A stretch of DNA of 64,000 bases from Octopus sinensis (lineage: Eukaryota). Numbering within the stretch: the first letter of the stretch is position 1; the number at the start of each line of letters is the position of its first letter. Positions 11,310 to 23,454 of the stretch are shown here, in pieces. A model generated the notes under the pieces. That model searched no databases and was not told the origin of the DNA. It saw nothing but the letters and a program-made list of their open reading frames with translations. The position numbers and the translations under genes were made by a program. The stretch spans positions 26,598,001-26,662,000 of the forward strand of contig NC_043016.1 in the NCBI RefSeq assembly GCF_006345805.1. Reading direction: 5' to 3'.

Positions 11310-12599
11310 ATAATAGTGAATTAAGATATTTGCCCAGCGTTAATATTAAGAAATCCGAAAGTCGTTTTTTTTTTTTTTCCGGAAAATAAAGTGACTTTTT
11401 TTTTTACACGATTTAACATATTTTTATTTAGTTGTTTGTTTCGACATTTCTAAAGAACCATGTTACTTTTTAATATTTCCCTTTTCTTTACATTGATAGT
11501 GACTATCAGTAAATATGGCTGAAGGGCAAGCATCTCCCACTCCACGTCTGCCATATTGTTTTTATCTGAAAGAGGATGACAACTGAATGTTATTTTCATT
11601 TATAGTTGACACATATTTGACAGACATAACGAAACACTACATTGTGACTAGTTCATTTTACTTGGAGGATTTTGACATCGCCGAGTAAATACGGAAATGG
11701 ATATCGGAAGATAAAATTTCACAGTTCAGCAGTTAACAGCCATCCATTAACTAGGCAGTCGATGGCTTCTAATTACTTAGTTTAAGTTCTGTGCTATTAA
11801 ATGTTAGCACCTTGAAATAAGGTCAATCAGTAAAACTTGTCTCCTTTTTATTTGTTTAATAGATAGATAACGACAAAAAAAAAAGTTAGACACAACTTTG
11901 TTTCACACATACACATCCATTTCTCCTTCTCATAAACTCAGATTATTATTATCTCGTTAATAAGCACGTACTCAATTCTGTAGAAATTACGCACACTTCT
12001 ATAAATGTCGGAATTTCCGGCCTCGCATTTAATTTTTTAAAAATCCATACCAGAAATAATCAACATGCTTTTTTCAACTCGCTAGAATTGTCTGTGCTTA
12101 AATAAATTTTCTTCTAACTCTTCACTCTCTTCCAATTTTCAAGATGATGGGAATGGTTTCTGGAATAATATACATTGTCAGCGGTGTAAATTATGCAATT
12201 AGTTATTAAAATTTTAAAATTTATAGTGATCCCTCTCTCTCCCTCGTGTATGTGGGAGAGAGAAATATTTATAGCTCTTGGCCGGTGTTTCTGGTAGAAA
12301 GGAGACCCTTAGCCCCTTGTGGGCAATAAAGAAATAAGAAAGAGAAAACCCAATTATCTGGGATGGGCTGTGGAGATCGAGAACAGAGACATGCGAATAA
12401 ATTGCCATGTTAAATAAAATGAAGCTGTTTAAAATGTTTCAATATCGTAACGATGTGAGACGGATTATATAATAATAATAATGAAATTATTGTATACAGT
12501 GCTTAGGTGCATATAGCAACCACTTGTAAAGATTAACCGTAAGTCTGTATTGTCTGACCAATGAAGTGGGGGTGAGATAGGCTCTAGACTAAGGTATGT

Positions 12600-12740
12600 C
12601 ATGAGCCCTATGACCCAAAAGGCCGGAGCTCAACACGGTTTCCTTGTCACTTATAGTGGACAGGGATTACATCTCTCCTTGAATAGGACACCGGTCCGTT
12701 GCAGCGTGAACTTCCCAGCTATTGCTGGATCCCTCGGGAA
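12600..12740 (-). mobile_element. Old SINE fragment (CORE/MIR-like)
   Basis: aaggccggagctcaacacggtttcc...ggtccgttgcagcg resembles the reverse complement of widespread invertebrate SINE cores; recognised from memory only. Confidence 0.4.
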
Positions 12741-12938
12741 CCTTAAAAACACTGGGTACCACAAATCAATAGTGAATTTGCTTTGATAAAATCGTTAGCT
12801 CAATTTAGTGGTGGACAGAAATTATAGTTACTGCCGTTATTGAATGAAGTGTAGTGTTGTTGATGATGATGATGATGATGATAGTGGTTTTGGTCGGAAT
12901 CCGTAATTTCCAGTATTTTAAGGGTCATGAATGAATTC

Positions 12939-13036
12939 GGCGAAAGTAAAGAATACGCACACCTGGTGTTTAGGGTTACGGTTAGGGTTTTCGTTGCACC
13001 GAAAACGGGTGGTGTACGCATTCTTTACCTCCCCAC
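12939..13036. mobile_element. 98-bp mini-MITE with 8-bp TSD
   Basis: Inverted gtaaagaatacgcacacc / ggtgtacgcattctttac; atgaattc at 12931-12938 and 13037-13044. Confidence 0.55.
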
Positions 13037-13224
13037 ATGAATTCAATAAAAGATTACATCTATGGAGATTGACTTCAATTTAAATTTTACTAATAACACT
13101 AAACAAGTGGAAAGCACTTGAAGCAACGTGAATTGATAATGCATCATTCGGTCTGGGAATTTTATGATCGTGTCCATGCACTAACCACTAGGCTGCGTGA
13201 GAAAACAGATAAAAAAAATTTGCC

Positions 13225-13856
13225 GGTACTAGTCGTGACTAGTCGATCCGACACCGCCTACCTAGCGCGAGTGCGCATATGCAAATTAATAGATTTTTTT
13301 TTTTTAAATAGGGTTTTTTTAAACAAAATAAATAATTTTTTACACAAAGTAAATAATTTTTTTCTAAAATAAATAATTTTTTTTTTCCTAAACAACGTAA
13401 ATAAATTTGGAGTACGTACAATGGGATTACTGAAATAGATGTGACGCCAAAATACATCCATTCCAAGGTGAACCATTCCGAAAATTTTATCGATCCTATA
13501 TCAAATGTTCATACAAATTCGGTTGAAAGTTATTAGAAGAACGTAAAACGACGTTTTAAGAGTATGAAGAGTGTGTTATTTTTATTTAATTTGTTTAAAA
13601 AAAATTTTTTCCGTTGTTTAGAAAAAAAAAATATTTACTTTGTGTAAAAAATTATCTATTTTGTGTTTTATTTACTTTGTTTAAAAAATTTATTATTTTG
13701 TGTAAAAAATTATTTACTTTGTATAAAAAAATTATTTTTGTTTAAGAAAAAAACCCCATTAATTTGCATACGCGCTAGGTAGTTGTTGTAGGATCGACTA
13801 GTCACGACTAGCTAGCGCGAGTGCGCGCACCGACACCACGCTTCTTAAATAGTACC
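13225..13856 (+). mobile_element. Non-autonomous Merlin (IS1595/ISXO2-like) element with a transposase remnant
   Basis: About 13408-13575 translates WSTYNGI...YIHSKVNHSENFIDPISNVHTNSVESY*K (Merlin VNHS.NFVDP...HT..IES.W motif). ggtact...agtacc ends; diverged TSD aaatttgcc/gaatttgcg. Confidence 0.8.
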
Positions 13857-14065
13857 GAATTTGCGTGTTTTCGGGATATTTATTAGTTTGAGAACCTCTA
13901 GCCTAGCCTGGACAAGTAAAGCAGAGAAAATGCTGTGCCTTTTCTTTTCCAGGAGTGTCACAGACTAATGAGGTGAAAAGAGGAAATTATCCGGAGACAT
14001 TTGCAAAACACGCCCGAAGTTTAAGAACTTTGTCCGGTGTGCTAACGATTATGCTAGCTTGTATG

Positions 14066-14241
14066 CAGGAGTGGCTGTGTAGTAAGTAGCTTGTCTAACA
14101 ACCACATGTTTCCGGGTTCAGTCCCACTGCGTGGCACCTTGGGCAAGTGTCTTCTACTATAGCCTCGGGTCGACCAAAGCCTTGTGAGTGGATTTGGTAG
14201 ACGGAAACTGAAAGAAGCCCGTCGTATATATGTATGTATAT

Positions 14242-14285
<44 letters not shown>

Positions 14286-14665
14286 TAAATGTAAAAAAAT
14301 ACAAACTGGGACAAGAACGATACAAAAAACACGGACGGGACATTCGAAGCCTTCAATCTTCAGTCAAGAACCGGATCATCTTCGCAATTTCGGCTGATTA
14401 ATCTTGAGATTGCTCCGATCCGGCCAGCCCCAAAGAAAATCTAAGCCAAGCGCATGCGTGTGTGTGTTTGTCCCCTAGCATTGCTTGACAACCGATGCTG
14501 GTGTGTTTATGTCCCCGTTACTTAGCGGTTCGGCAAATCAGACCGATAGAATAAGTACTGGGCTTACAAAAGAATAAGTCCCGGGGTCGAGTTGCTCGAT
14601 TAAAGGCGGTGCTCCAGCATGGCCGCAGTCAAATGACTGAAACAAGTAAAAGAGAAATAAAAGAG
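14066..14665 (+). mobile_element. SINE family A with a foreign insert (about 14290-14455) in its microsatellite
   Basis: Full head and tail. The insert is related to the reverse complement of about 53755-53870. Confidence 0.85.
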
Positions 14666-14950
14666 ATATATATTCGCCATGATAGATCGGTAGCCATTAC
14701 ACACATTTTTTTTTCTCTCCTTATTTCTTTGTGGAAGAGTGTAGGCTCAAAACGTTAGATTTTTTCAATTCCCGAAAAAATTATACTAATACATCTGTTT
14801 GTTTTCTACACCACCTGTCTTCGTCTTTTTTAAGTTATAATTTTAATAATAATTATTGCCTTTGAAGGTTTTTATTTCCATGCTGGCCACTTGATAAGAT
14901 CGCCATTTAATTTAAATTAACGATCTTATCCTTATATATATATATATATG

Positions 14951-15068
14951 TATATACCAATTAAGGACTGAACACGAAAAGTGGACAGTCAACATGCTAG
15001 ATATAGACGTCAAATCGCCATTCTCCACAAAAAGATTATGTTCTCGTTCAGTCCTTAATTGGTATATA
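14951..15068. mobile_element. Small MITE-like element
   Basis: Inverted ends tatataccaattaaggactgaac / gttcagtccttaattggtatata. Confidence 0.6.
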
Positions 15069-15254
15069 TAAATATTTTAATCTTCGGATTCTTTTTTTAA
15101 TATGCTAGACCACTGGTCTTAATTGATAAATATCAATTTCTACCCTTAATTAATTTTATATATGTATATACAAATACATACACACACGCTCGCTTTCCAA
15201 CGGAATTCCCAATCCGAGACGCAATAAGTCATTTCGGAAGTGTAACATAGTTTA

Positions 15255-15484
15255 GGTACTACTTGAGAACAGTGGTCCCTGTCCGCGCACGCGCGTATCC
15301 GCGCCAGCTAGTCGTGACTAGTCGATCCTACAACGACTACCTAGCAAAGTAAATAAAACACAAAGTAAATAATCTTTTAAACAAAGTAAATAACACACAA
15401 AAACACAAAGTAGGGATCGACTAGCTAGGTTGGATGCGCGACTACGCGAGTGCACGCACCGGACCACTGTTCTCAAGTAGTACC
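15255..15484. mobile_element. Merlin-type MITE with perfect 24-bp TIR and 9-bp TSD
   Basis: TIR ggtactacttgagaacagtggtcc; TSD catagttta at 15246-15254 and 15485-15493. Shares ctagtcgtgactagtcgatcc with 13225-13856. Confidence 0.9.
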
Positions 15485-15813
15485 CATAGTTTATTACCAT
15501 GGTATTTTTCTGAACGGAATTAGTGTTTTAAAATAACTTTGTTATATTAAAGCATAACAAGAACTTTATTATTCCACAATACTTACTGCATGTTCTTCGA
15601 TTTTTTTAAGTAATAAATAAATAATTAGGTAATTGACTTTTCTATCTTTTAAATATTACGTTACTAAGGCTGCAAAAAATAAACACTTGCTAAGGTATGG
15701 CTGTTTGAAGCATGTGGTTTCCGGTTCAGTCCCACTGCAAGAATTCGGGGCCGACTAATGCCTTCTGAATGAATTTGCTGAGGGGTATACCGAAAGAATG
15801 TCACTCATACTCT

Positions 15814-15876
<63 letters not shown>

Positions 15877-15878
<2 letters not shown>

Positions 15879-16215
15879 TCTGTGTGGTAAGTAGCTTACT
15901 TACCAACCACATGGTTCCGGGTTCAGTCCCACTGCGTGGCACCTTGGGCAAGCGTCTTCTACTATAGCCTTGGGCCGACCAAAGTTTTGTGAGTGCATTT
16001 GGTAGACGGAGACCGAAAGAAGCCTATCGTATATGTATATGTTTGTGTGTCTGTGAATGTCCCCCTACCATCGCTCGACAACCGATATTAGTATGTTTAC
16101 ATCCCTGTAAATTAGCGGTTCGGCAAAAGACACCGATAGAATAAGTACTAGGCATACAAAGAATAAGTCCTGAGGTCGATTTGTTCGACTAAGGTGGTGC
16201 TCCAGCATGGCCGCA
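15877..16215 (+). mobile_element. SINE family A
   Basis: Consensus-like head and 3' half. Confidence 0.85.
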
Positions 16216-16689
16216 TCCCCACCACCACTTGGCAGCGTTGTAATTTAGTAGTTCGCGCCAAAGTAACTGATACAAGTCCCAGATTCTTTCTTAAAGTACT
16301 GGTGTCGATTTGTTCGATTAAAATCTTTCATAGCGGTGCTCCAGTATGGCTGTTGTCCTATGACTGGAACCAAAAAATAAGGGGTGTAGAATATAAAAAG
16401 ATTTCTGCACCAGTGTTTTCTGGGCCACTCGATCCAAGTAGCCAACAAAGGAGCCTCAATAGAGTTGCTCGATTAGCTAGAAATAGCAGTCAAACCTACA
16501 TCAAAGTTACATCCTAAATAATGGAAAATATAGCCCTGGATATAACGTCTCTAGAATATGATATGACTACAACTGAAGTGCTTCTGACTGTGGGCTTCTT
16601 GGATCGTAACTAATTGCTGGGGCTAAGATAAATAATATCAACAACAATTAATTATAATAATAATAGTAATAATAATAACAGTGATTTCG

Positions 16690-16895
16690 AATTTTGATAG
16701 AAAGCTAGCAAGTTCAGGGGAGGGGGTAAGTCGATTACATCGATCTCCGTACACAACTGTTTCTTATTTTATTGACCCCGAAAGGATGAAAAGCAAAGTC
16801 GACCTCGACGGAATTTGAGTTAAGAACTAAAGACAGACGAAATGCTGCTAAGCATTTTTACTCGGTGTGCTAACGATTCTGCCAGCAAGCCGACT
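16690..16895 (-). mobile_element. SINE family B
   Basis: Reverse complement of the core: ccccgaaaggatgaaaagcaaagtcgacctcg. Confidence 0.8.
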
Positions 16896-16959
16896 TAGAT
16901 GATAATAATGGTTTCTGATTTAGGAACGGGGCCAATTTTTATGGCTACCATCGATCCCA

Positions 16960-18620
16960 GCAAGTCGGTATCGGTGTGGTTTGAACGCAATAATGAGATT
17001 GAAAACTACCGAGACGCATTTAACCGGCGCTCAACGATTCTAATAAGCACGCCACCACCAATAAGTTTTGAAGAGTGCAGTTAGATTTTAAGAATTATTT
17101 TTTTCAAAGCTATAATGGAAGTGACAAAGGAGCATATTCGGCATATTTTGCTTTATGAGTTCAATAAAGGCAACGACGCAACGGAAAGTGTGAGGAATAT
17201 TAATGCAGTATATGGGCATCGGACAATAAGCGTAAGCCAGTGTCAACGGTGGTTCCAGAAATTCCGAGCTGGAAACTACAGCTTGGAAGATGAACCTCGT
17301 CCTCGAAGATCTGTAGAGCTCGACGAGGACGTCCTACAAAACCTAGTGGAACAAAAGCCCCATCGTAGCTGTTGAGGAACTAGTAGAGAAGCTTGGATTT
17401 GGTTATTCAACCATTCATCGACACCTGCGTGCCATCGGAAAAGTCAGCTAATTTGGTCAGTGGGTTCCTCACAAACTTTTCATGTCTAATCGGGTGGACG
17501 TAAAGAATGTGGACCGCACCCACTTTCGTTATTTTATTTTAGTTGACATAATCCCCCCCATTTTCGAGAACGGAGATTCTGATTCTGCAGCAAAAATGGT
17601 ATTTTAAAATTTTAATTCCCTCACCCCCAAATTCTTCAATTTTCACTTTTTTCAGAATTTTTTTTACAATTATAATCTCCGTGTTTTTCTACGTATTTCG
17701 CTAAAAAAAAAATTTGAAGAAAGTGAAAATTGAAGGATTTAGGGTAGGGTAAGGGGAAACAAAAAATGCCGTTTTTTTTGTTTTTGTTTTTTTTTTTTCT
17801 TGCAGAATCAGAATCTCCTTACTCGAAAATGGGAGATACTGAAAAAAAAAAAAAATAAAATAACGAAAGTGGGTGCGGTCCACATTCTTTACATCCGTCG
17901 TCTTAATCGCTCTCCTTTGCTGTCACGTCTCACGAATGAACCTTTTTTGGACCGAATAGTAACTGGTAACGAGAAATGGGTTCTCTATAAAAATGTCAAG
18001 CGCCGAAGAAAGTGAATAGGGGAAGGAGAAACACCGGCACCCCAGGCTAAAGAAGGTCTTCGCCCACTTAAGGTATTGTTATCTGTTTGGTGGGCTATGA
18101 AAGATTTAACCCACTTTGAGCTTTTAAACTCAAACCAAACAATAATAGAGATCTCCTACAAGCAACTTGAGCGGCTTAAGTCAGTGCTAGATGAAAAACG
18201 ACCATCTTCGGTTTCAAGATGAAAGGTGTTCTTCCATCAGGATAATGCTGGGTCACATACAGTGAGGATGACATTCCAAAGGCTGGAGTAGTTTGAATGG
18301 AAAACGATGCCCCACACACCATATTCGCCGGACATTGCCCCATCTAGTTATCATTTATTCCGCATTCTTCAAAATCATTTCGAAAGGAAAAATATGAATT
18401 CTGTAGATGAGGTCAGAACAGTATTGGAGGAGTATTTTTCGTCATGGACAAGTAAATTTTGGAAGAGGGGCCTTGCAGGTCTACCAGATAGATGGAAGAG
18501 CATTGTAGAAATGAAGGAGAGTATATTTTTGATTTGAAAAAACAAAAGAACCTTTATCTTAATTTAGAAAAATAAAAGATGTATAAAAAAACACCGCATT
18601 ATTTATGAGATGAACAAATA
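16960..18620 (+). mobile_element. Mariner (DD34D class) transposon, pseudogenised
   Basis: HTH in ORF 17115-17375, WVPHKL, VTGNEKW, HQDNA and YSPDIAPSSY (third D lost); stops and frameshifts; probable 3' TIR near 18595-18620. The 5' boundary is uncertain. Confidence 0.9.
17496..17896. mobile_element. GG...CC MITE (about 44-bp TIR) inserted in the mariner ORF
   Basis: ggacgtaaagaatgtggaccgcacccactttcgttattt / aaataacgaaagtgggtgcggtccacattctttacatcc; no clear TSD. Confidence 0.85.
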
Positions 18621-19265
18621 TTCACTCCGACTGCACGCATCACCTTACATTCGTTTATAACCGCTAGCGCGGATATTTCCAATAATCTTGGATTTGAAAC
18701 GAAGGTCACTTATTATTTAATTAATCCTCAATTAAAAGAAATTTACTAAGGTAATAGGAAGTCTTTAAATAATAAATTAATTCTTTGTCAGAGATTGGTA
18801 GCTTTAAACTCTTTAATCTATCTGGATCCGTTTGAATGAAATGACAACAGTCAGGTACATTCATTATAGCTATCTGAACCTGTACTGTCAAAAATGACGG
18901 CTAATTGTAGTATGTTATATATAATTAAGGTATAAAACTAGGTTTTTAGTTTAATAATTCTTTTATTACCAAATTTTCTGTGAAAAAATCTATCCGCAAC
19001 TAGCATCCGTTGACTGCTGGTTTCTTTCAAAAGAACTTCTAAGTTTTCCTTCCTTCTTGTACGACTTAAGGCCATAGAAAACTTGGCCGTAACTAAAAAG
19101 GGAGCTACCAAATAAATACCAACTTTTTCGAAGCGACGTTTCCTTTCAATTGCGCTCTCCATTACTAAAACCAACCTCGACTCATACGACTTAAAACCAC
19201 AAAAAGCAGTCCGTGACTTAGTTGATGTAAAAACTCCGTCTTCAAACTCTACATAAATTTCTATA

Positions 19266-19661
19266 TCTTTATATATAAAGTCAAGTTGTGTGTCTGTCTC
19301 CTACGATTTAGATTCCTAACTCCTCCCACATTTTGCGGTACAGTTTAACCAAAAGCGGGTATCTTATAGTCGTGATTCATATCGAGCCCTTCTGGGTATT
19401 AGCGCGCGTCTACGATGAGTCTACGATTTAAAAAAAAATTTACCATCATTTTTTCCATTTTAATGCATTTTTTCGCTATTATATAAGGGAAGTAACTCTC
19501 TAAAAATGTCTACGATGAGTCAACGATTTAAAAAAAATTTACCATAATTTTTTTTTCCATTTTTAATGCATTTTTTTGCTATTTTGGGGCTATAACTCTC
19601 TAAAAATGCTTATATAGTTATTTCCCTTACAAACCCAAGCAACGCCGGGCGATACTGCTAG
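19266..19661 (+). mobile_element. Non-autonomous Helitron, shorter variant of 8525-9603
   Basis: a|TC start, hairpin, CTAG|t end. Lacks the roughly 190-bp internal segment of the tandem copies. Confidence 0.85.
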
Positions 19662-19676
19662 TATATATATATAACG

Positions 19677-19800
19677 GTATTACTAGCGAACAGTGGTCCC
19701 GCTGCGCGCACTCGCGCATCCGCGCTGGCTAGTCGTGACTAGTCGATCCTACAACAACTACGTAGCAAAGTAAATAAAACACAAAATAAATAATTTTTTA
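19677..19800. mobile_element. Left half of a Merlin-type MITE (15255 family)
   Basis: ggtattactagcgaacagtggtccc...ctagtcgtgactagtcgatcc; right TIR absent. Confidence 0.75.
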
Positions 19801-19804
19801 ATTT

Positions 19805-20196
19805 TAATAATAATAATAAAACTGAAGTTGTCTGTGTATGGCAGGTTTGGTAGCCTTCAACTAACACTATCTCCTCCGAGACCCTGCGACGCAAGTTGAC
19901 CAAAATTAAGAGTATGATCGAAGAAGGCTTGCTCTTCATTCCGTAGAAGAAAAAATTCAAATCGGACCATGTTAGGACCAAAAATTATTTACATCAAAAA
20001 GGTGCTTTTTTTCTATGAAAATCCCTATTGTCTACGATTTTTTGACAGCTGTGTCGCCATTTTTCGGTGTATTTCAACCAGAAAAATGTTCACTTAAAGA
20101 GAATAACAAGCTACATAATGCAAAATTTTTACTTTTCAAAAATTCCAATTCTAAAGGGTCGAAACAAACCCGAGCAACGCCGGGCGATACTGCTAG
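19805..20196 (+). mobile_element. Non-autonomous Helitron, second subfamily
   Basis: Same 3' end acaaacccgagcaacgccgggcgatactgCTAG|t, with a different body. Confidence 0.7.
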
Positions 20197-20217
20197 TTAC
20201 TTAATATAAGTTTGGCA

Positions 20218-20600
20218 CATGTATGAACTGTAAGATGAGTATTTTTTTTTTTGTAATATACTTTTCAACTGCAGTCGTTTTATCTTCTTGATACACTCAG
20301 GCAGTAATTATTTTCTCTAATGAGTTTGTATATGTATGTTTGTGTGGATGTGTGTGATTGTAATAATTATTTGTAACACCACACATAGAATATGGATGGT
20401 AATTCAAATTAATACACTTGTCAATGTTATCTAGTGGTTGTATAATAATTATTACAAACACACACAGCTACATAAACATATACACATACAAACTCATTAT
20501 AGAAAATAATTATTGCTTTAATGTTTCCTGAATATAAAACAACTGCAGTTGAAAGGTATATTATAAATGCACTTCTCAATTTAGCAGTTTATACATATCC
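20218..20600. repeat. Imperfect foldback element (about 155-bp arms)
   Basis: atatacttttcaactgcagt...aatgagtttgtat...aataattatt is mirrored by aataattatt...atacaaactcatt...actgcagttgaaaggtatat. Confidence 0.7.
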
Positions 20601-20606
20601 TTTATT

Positions 20607-21036
20607 GGCGATCTTTCGTCTCTAGACCTTTCCGTCGATTTCCGTAAAAAAAATTTTTTTTTTTTTACATATGGGCTTGCGGGAACTTTTGAAGTAATAT
20701 ACATACATATACACATACACCGAGTAAAAAATTTCAGTTATCGCTTTCTTTCACACATTACTCTGTCTCTTCACACACACTAACAGAAGTACTTCACCTA
20801 CACAACATACTGTCTGTCTCCCACACCCCATCAAACACACACACACACGCACACACACATGTCCATCAATGCTCCCATGCACGGTAACTTCAAAAGAACT
20901 TCCCTCGTCATACAATCGCTTTCTCTTAGTCTCTTTCGCTCTCATTACTTCAAAAGTTCCCGCAAGCCCATATGTAAAAAAAAAAAAAAATTTTACGGAA
21001 ATCGACGGAAAGGTCTACTAGAGACGAAAGATTGCC
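20607..21036. mobile_element. GG...CC MITE with about 80-bp TIR and 8-bp TSD (Merlin-like)
   Basis: TIR ggcgatctttcgtctctag / ctagagacgaaagattgcc; TSD cctttatt at 20599-20606 and 21037-21044. Confidence 0.9.
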
Positions 21037-21294
21037 CCTTTATTTATATTAAGAAAAAATTTTACCTACTGTTCTTTGAGGAACCTTACATAAACTAACC
21101 AGCGTTCTTTCAGTAATTAACGATAATCGATGTCACAGCTCAAAATATGGTAAATTTTTTGAGTAAGGCAGGCATAATTTTCACTAAGAAACAAAAAAAA
21201 AAACCCTCGGATTTTTCCGTGGTGCACCCGCCCCACCTTTCTTCCGAACTAAAATAAGGGATTTGCAACATATTAGGTAAGGGTACGTGATATA

Positions 21295-21308
21295 TCTATG
21301 TGTGTGTG

Positions 21309-21385
<77 letters not shown>

Positions 21386-21547
21386 ATACGTATATATGTA
21401 TAATGTGTGTAGATATGTACATATGTGTGTGTGTGTGTGTGTATAGTATATATGTATAATGTGTGTAGATATGTACATATATGTATGTATGTGTATGTAT
21501 ATATGGATATATATATGTATGTGTGTATATGTATATATGTGTATATA

Positions 21548-21581
<34 letters not shown>

Positions 21582-21660
21582 GTATATGTGTATATATGTA
21601 TATATGCTTATGTATATATATGTACGTGTGTGTATATATATATATATTATTTATTATTAT
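21295..21660. repeat. Compound (AT)/(GT)/(ATGT) microsatellite
   Basis: Direct reading. Confidence 0.95.
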
Positions 21661-21786
21661 TATCATCGTTTAACGTCTGCTTTCCATGCTGGCATGGGTT
21701 GGACGGTTCAACTGGGGTCTGGGAAGCCAGAAGGCTGCACCAGGCCCAGTCTGATCTGGCAGTGTTTCTACAGCTGGATGCCCTTA
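21660..21786 (-). mobile_element. RTE 3' tail fragment
   Basis: catcgtttaacgtctgctttccatgctggcatggg...ctggatgccctt matches the 37242 end. Confidence 0.8.
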
Positions 21787-21787
21787 C

Positions 21788-21853
<66 letters not shown>

Positions 21854-22679
21854 ACACATGGCTTAGAGTTTAGAATGTCAGGCACACAATCATGAAGTAG
21901 TGAGTTCAATTCCTAGACTGGGCTCTGTTTTTTGTTTTTTTTTACTTTCTGTTTCCATCTCTTAAATTCATTCACAAACCTTTAGTCAGCCCAGTGCTAA
22001 AGTAGAAGACACTTGCTGAAAAGTCCATGCAGTAGGGCTTAGCCCATAAATAACCATGTGGCTTTGAAGCTAATTTCTTGCAGCAAACCATACCTTTATA
22101 TGCATGTACGTGTGTGTGTGAGTGCGTGTATTTGCTTCCAAATTTGGTAGATGGAAACTGACAAAAGCCTGTTGTGTTTATGTATGTACACACATATATG
22201 AGTATGTGTTCATGCATATGTGTTGTTTGTGTTTATATCCACCACCACCACCACCACCACCACCAACACATCAGCTTGGCAACCAGTGTTGGCATGACAA
22301 AAGAGATGGAGTTACATAATCACCTTCATTAGATTGCTGCTGTTTCTGCTATAAGAAAAAATGCCCACTAAGAGCTGAGTCCTTGTGTAACATCTCATAG
22401 CTTTCTCAAAGCCATTAAAATTAAGTGCATTCTGAAATTAACATACAATTCATTTTAATGACTCTGAGTGTGCAATGCTTTTTGAAGCAGAAACAGCTGT
22501 AAGCTAATGAAAGTGATTATATAACAACTTTTTCTTTTAGTCAGTCACTGATGATATGACAAAGTATCAGGACTTGTGGTGATTTGCTGTAGATGTCAAG
22601 CTAAATAAAATCACAGTCATCCATACATACAGGTGTGTCCTTTATGGCCATGCCTCCACTCCCTTTCCAATCTGAGAGA

Positions 22680-22935
22680 TCTTTGTCTTGCAGGTACTGG
22701 TGCCACATAAAATGCACTTGTGCCAGTGCTACAAAAACACACCTTCACCAGTGGTATGTACCAAGCACCCAGCACACACTGTAAAGTGGTTGGCATTGGG
22801 AAGAGCATCCAGCCATAGAAACCATGTCAAAACAAACAATTGGAGACTGGCCAGCTCTCGAGCTGGTCAGCTCCTGACAAACCATCTAACCCATACCTGT
22901 ATGGGAAACGGGTGTGTTAAATGATGATGATGATA
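22680..22935 (+). mobile_element. RTE 3' tail fragment
   Basis: ggcattgggaagagcatccagcc...aaatgatgatgatg. Confidence 0.75.
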
Positions 22936-23454
22936 CATACATATATATATATATATTATATCGTATAATTTTTTGTCTGCATACGTAATTGAAGTCTTGA
23001 CAAGCCAGATTTTTGCAGACACATTAGTGGTTTTATTTTTATAGTCAGTAACCATAGATCAATCTGGTTATGTCAATAAATTCTGTTCTATAGTTTGTGC
23101 AATCATAATTAGTTATGTTCACACAGGTGGTTTGTGGTTTGTGATCTCTTGTCTGAGTAACAACATATTTTTCTGTAAACCACAAACTCAATATATATCA
23201 AATCTGCGTGTGACCACACTGAAGCAACCATTCCGCCTTTGATGAGACTGGCTACAAACCACAATGGTGATGTCTTTATAGTTCAAACATCATGTATCAG
23301 ACCAATTTTTGCTACACTGATGATGCACAATTGATAGCAGAGATGCTCAATAATAGACAAGGCTGAATGCTGTTGCAGTTTTGTGGGGTACTAGGTAGAT
23401 GATGATCATGTTTAGGAAAGAGGGATGGTTCAATAATGTGATAATAGGTGCAAG

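Noticed and set aside
18938-19250. CpG-containing ORF-like unique region
   Set aside because: No motif or splice structure recognised on either strand.
21184-21873. Long ORFs rich in YIYI/VCVC/HTHT (also 27496-27994, 30039-30526, 43117-43577 and many others)
   Set aside because: Translations of (AT)n/(GT)n microsatellites, which lack stops in these frames; no coding evidence.
23179-23369. Open frame containing FCYTDDAQLIA (YADD-like)
   Set aside because: No other RT motifs nearby; too short to call.
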